Part shown: one piece after another, positions 61,401 to 64,000 of the stretch
How the letters are laid out: every line of letters begins with the position of its first letter
Position numbering within the stretch: the first letter of the stretch is position 1
Assembly: GCA_028534125.1 (NCBI GenBank)
Contig: CM052817.1
Location: 1,676,001-1,740,000, forward strand
DNA from: Lama glama
Lineage: Eukaryota
DNA: 64,000 nucleotides
Reading direction: 5' to 3'
The notes under the pieces: model-generated
What the model saw: only the letters and a program-made list of their open reading frames with translations
What the model was told of the DNA's origin: nothing
The model's database searches: none
Made by a program: the position numbers and the translations under genes

Positions 61401-63992
61401 AGAAAACAGAGACAGGACCGTGGGCCTGGCGGGGCTGACGAGCCCTTCCTGGCCAAGGTCACTTGCCAGCCGGGCACTCACTGCCCCCTCGGCCTTAGCC
61501 CAGGAGGCAGTAGCCCGAGCTTCTCGGGACCAAACGCCACCAGCTCTGCTCTGGGAGAAGAACCCCTCCCCTCCATTCGACCCCACAAAGCGAGCGGGCA
61601 GAACAGCATGCACTTCGAGGTCCCGGGTCTCCCGAGCCCCGGGCTCCGCCCCACGTCCGGCCCCACGGAGCCGAGGCAGAGCTGCCCTGGGAGCGGCCGT
61701 GGCAGTGTCAGCAGGAGAGCCCGCTTCCGTCTGGGCAGGAGGGAGCTGCGTCCTCCCGAATAATGAAGCGTCACACTTCTCTCTACACTAGAAGCTGGGA
61801 GGGACCAGGGCTCCAACACCCCTGCCGGGTCCAGAGGTAGCAGCTCTCCTGACTACAGGGCAGCCAGGAGCCGCCCGGGGCAGCAGCCCTGCCACCCGCT
61901 GGCGCGGGGGCCCGGGGCCTGTGCTCCCTCACCTGTGGGACGGCACACCGCACTCACGCCTCCCAGGGCACCGTGAGGACGAGATTCAGCCTCGTGTACC
62001 GGGCCTGCCTCTGAGCGTCCACAGCACGCGACTGCCCTTTCCCACCCAGACTTTTAAGAACATCCAGGAACGTATTACGAGCGGAGAGGGAGCCCCTATC
62101 ACTACAGACAGAAGTCTCTGGAACAGCCTTCCACGTGGCCCGAGGGAAAACCCTTCTGCCGGCCACTGGAGGCTAGAGGTGGACGACTGCACTAAACCAG
62201 CCCCCTCTCACCACGTCCAGGCCCGGGAAGGCCGCCCGGCCAGTGGACTCTACTGTCGCTTCCATCTCGTGCATGGCGTCTCGGAGGACGAACTTCATGG
62301 AGTCACTTGCAGAATCAGGAAACATCTGGCAGAGATTATATAAATGCCTGTTCATCAGAAACACCAGTCAGTCAGGGCTGAAGGTCTTCAGGTGACAAAA
62401 ACAGAAAAAAACCCCAAACCTCCTACGTTGCCCACGTTCTGCGATGTCACCTGCCGACTGAGCCAGTAAGAACTGGGTCACTGGAGGAAACCACTTTCCT
62501 GTCCTGGCAGCCGGCAGGCCCTCCAGTGGTGTTTTACAATAACCTATGCTCCCTTCTGCTGTTTCCCAAACCTCCGGTCATGACTTCTCGGGAGCAAAGG
62601 TGGCAGGAGCTGTATTTTCAATGATAACAGCTCAGGAGGCACCCTCTGCACCAGTGGGGGCCACCAGGTCCAAGATGCTCTGCATGCGGACTCACTGGCC
62701 CCCCACCAAGCGCTCCTGGAGGCCGAGAGCCCCACTGGGCCACCCGCTCTCACTGACCCTCCTGACTCAGACCTCTGCCCGCTGCACTCCCTCCAGCCCA
62801 CACGAGGCCGGAGCCGCCTGTCAGGGGTTCTGCTGCGGTGAGGGTGCTGTACACGGCCCAGGCCTGGGGCGGGGGTGGGGGGAGAGCAGGGCGACCACCA
62901 GATGCTGCCTGCGACGGGTTCCAAACCCCCCTCCCCCCGCCCCGGCAGAGCCTGAGGCTTCACTGGTGACGGAACAAGACAATTAGGCATCAGACACTAT
63001 GAACACGGCTGAAGGGGCCCGACTGTCTCAGAGTCACTCTGCAGTTAAAAACACGTCCCATTTCTGTGGTGATGCAAGACGTGTGTTAACACGACTGAAG
63101 AGTGGGGTGTCGGCACTGAAGTCACCGCAGCCATGCCTACTGTGGGCCTTGCTTCAAGGCCGACCTTAATAAATGCAGAATGTATTTTTACTAAACAGCA
63201 TAAAGTCTGTTCAGCTCGGCCCCACCTTCCAGACAACCCACCAGCTTCACTTACACGACCAACTTGTCAATTATGCCGAGGCCTGGGGGGTCCTCTGTAG
63301 CCAAATCGCCAATGTATTCCAAGAGGAAGCCGAACAGCTTCTGCGTGGGAGCAGGGGTTGGAGAGAGTTCAGACCCAGGACTGAGCACACGAGGCGCTGC
63401 CCCCACGCCGCGACGGCAGGGCTGGGACAGGAGCCACCGCACCTCGTGGGCAGAGGCCCGCGGTCACTCACGGGAGCAGCTAAGAGCTCAGGGTCTGGGC
63501 GTGCCCTTTAGGCAGCAGCCACAACACCCAAGTCTAGAACACACCCAGCATGGCGCCTTGTCCAGTGGCCAGCCAGCATTTACTCAGAGAGGACGAGGCC
63601 CCTATTTCCCCAGAAGTCTGGCTTTGCTGCTTGACGGCCGAGTGAGGTGAGCTCACAGGGAAATGAGGGAACAGAGCTGGCCGCCCGGGCCTGCTGTGGG
63701 CCTTGGAGTGATGGCCGTCAGGGCCTGGCTCTCTGCTCATCCCGCCCCCTAGGCGTGGGATCACGCCGCGTGGTGGTGAGCGGGGGACGCACTTCGTCAC
63801 GCCAGCTTTGGCGGTAGGCGCTCAGGCCGGCCCCCCCCGCACCCCCGTACACACTGCGTACTTCTAGCTTGGCTTTGTTTCCCACCGCGAGACTTGGGTG
63901 GCTGCATTTCTGAATTCTCTCCACAACCAGAAGCTGCTCTTCCACCGACTTTCCTGACAGTAAAGACTTCAGTTCCTCGTAGGATTCCGGAG
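55492..63992 (-). CDS. NOP14: Nucleolar protein 14, last 10 coding exons (5' part outside the window)
   Basis: Exons 63992-63862, 63340-63255, 62347-62212, 61144-61043, 60678-60525, 59041-58882, 56990-56843, 56221-56103, 55959-55804 and 55591-55492 join in frame; motifs HPSLAVGNKAKLE, FPTSDFRHPVVTPA, RFIPELVNFL, REIRRDNQFLAR, LATQEGEWKALKRKKFKK*. Confidence 0.96.
57440..58262 (+). mobile_element. L1M(B)-like 3' end in a NOP14 intron
   Basis: gaaatgcaaatcaaaacca, acatggatgaaccttgagacattatgctcag, aaaatggttaagatggtaaatttta, AATAAA. Confidence 0.85.
58440..58755 (-). mobile_element. L1 ORF2 fragment
   Basis: gaacagggatgtgtttccat...ctactttgccgaattcattt...atcacatcatctgcaaacagag. Confidence 0.7.
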
Positions 63993-64000
63993 CTGTCAAA

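Overview
This is mammalian genomic DNA, probably from a camelid judging by the SINE and L1 3' ends (inference). It covers the conserved ADD1-MFSD10-NOP14 locus. Plus strand: all coding exons of alpha-adducin ADD1 (ATG 9746, stop 46889, 733-aa main isoform, polyA signal 48350), with three alternative-splicing modules: a 93-nt alternative donor, a 93-nt cassette and a 34/37-nt stop-introducing cassette. Minus strand: the complete 12-coding-exon MFS transporter MFSD10 (52393 to 49168, 456 aa) with its CpG-island promoter, and the last 10 exons of NOP14. Introns hold L1, L2, MIR, MaLR and MER5 relics and a tRNA-derived SINE. There is no prokaryotic-type system such as CRISPR or an operon. The most notable unexplained structure is a ~170-bp, ~93%-identical inverted repeat inside the MFSD10 pre-mRNA that brackets its first three coding exons. 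Also notable are a dense UAAY motif array after the ADD1 exon-10 alternative donors and a TSD-flanked mini-element that fuses an L1 5' end to an L1 3' end. All coordinates and identities were read by eye.
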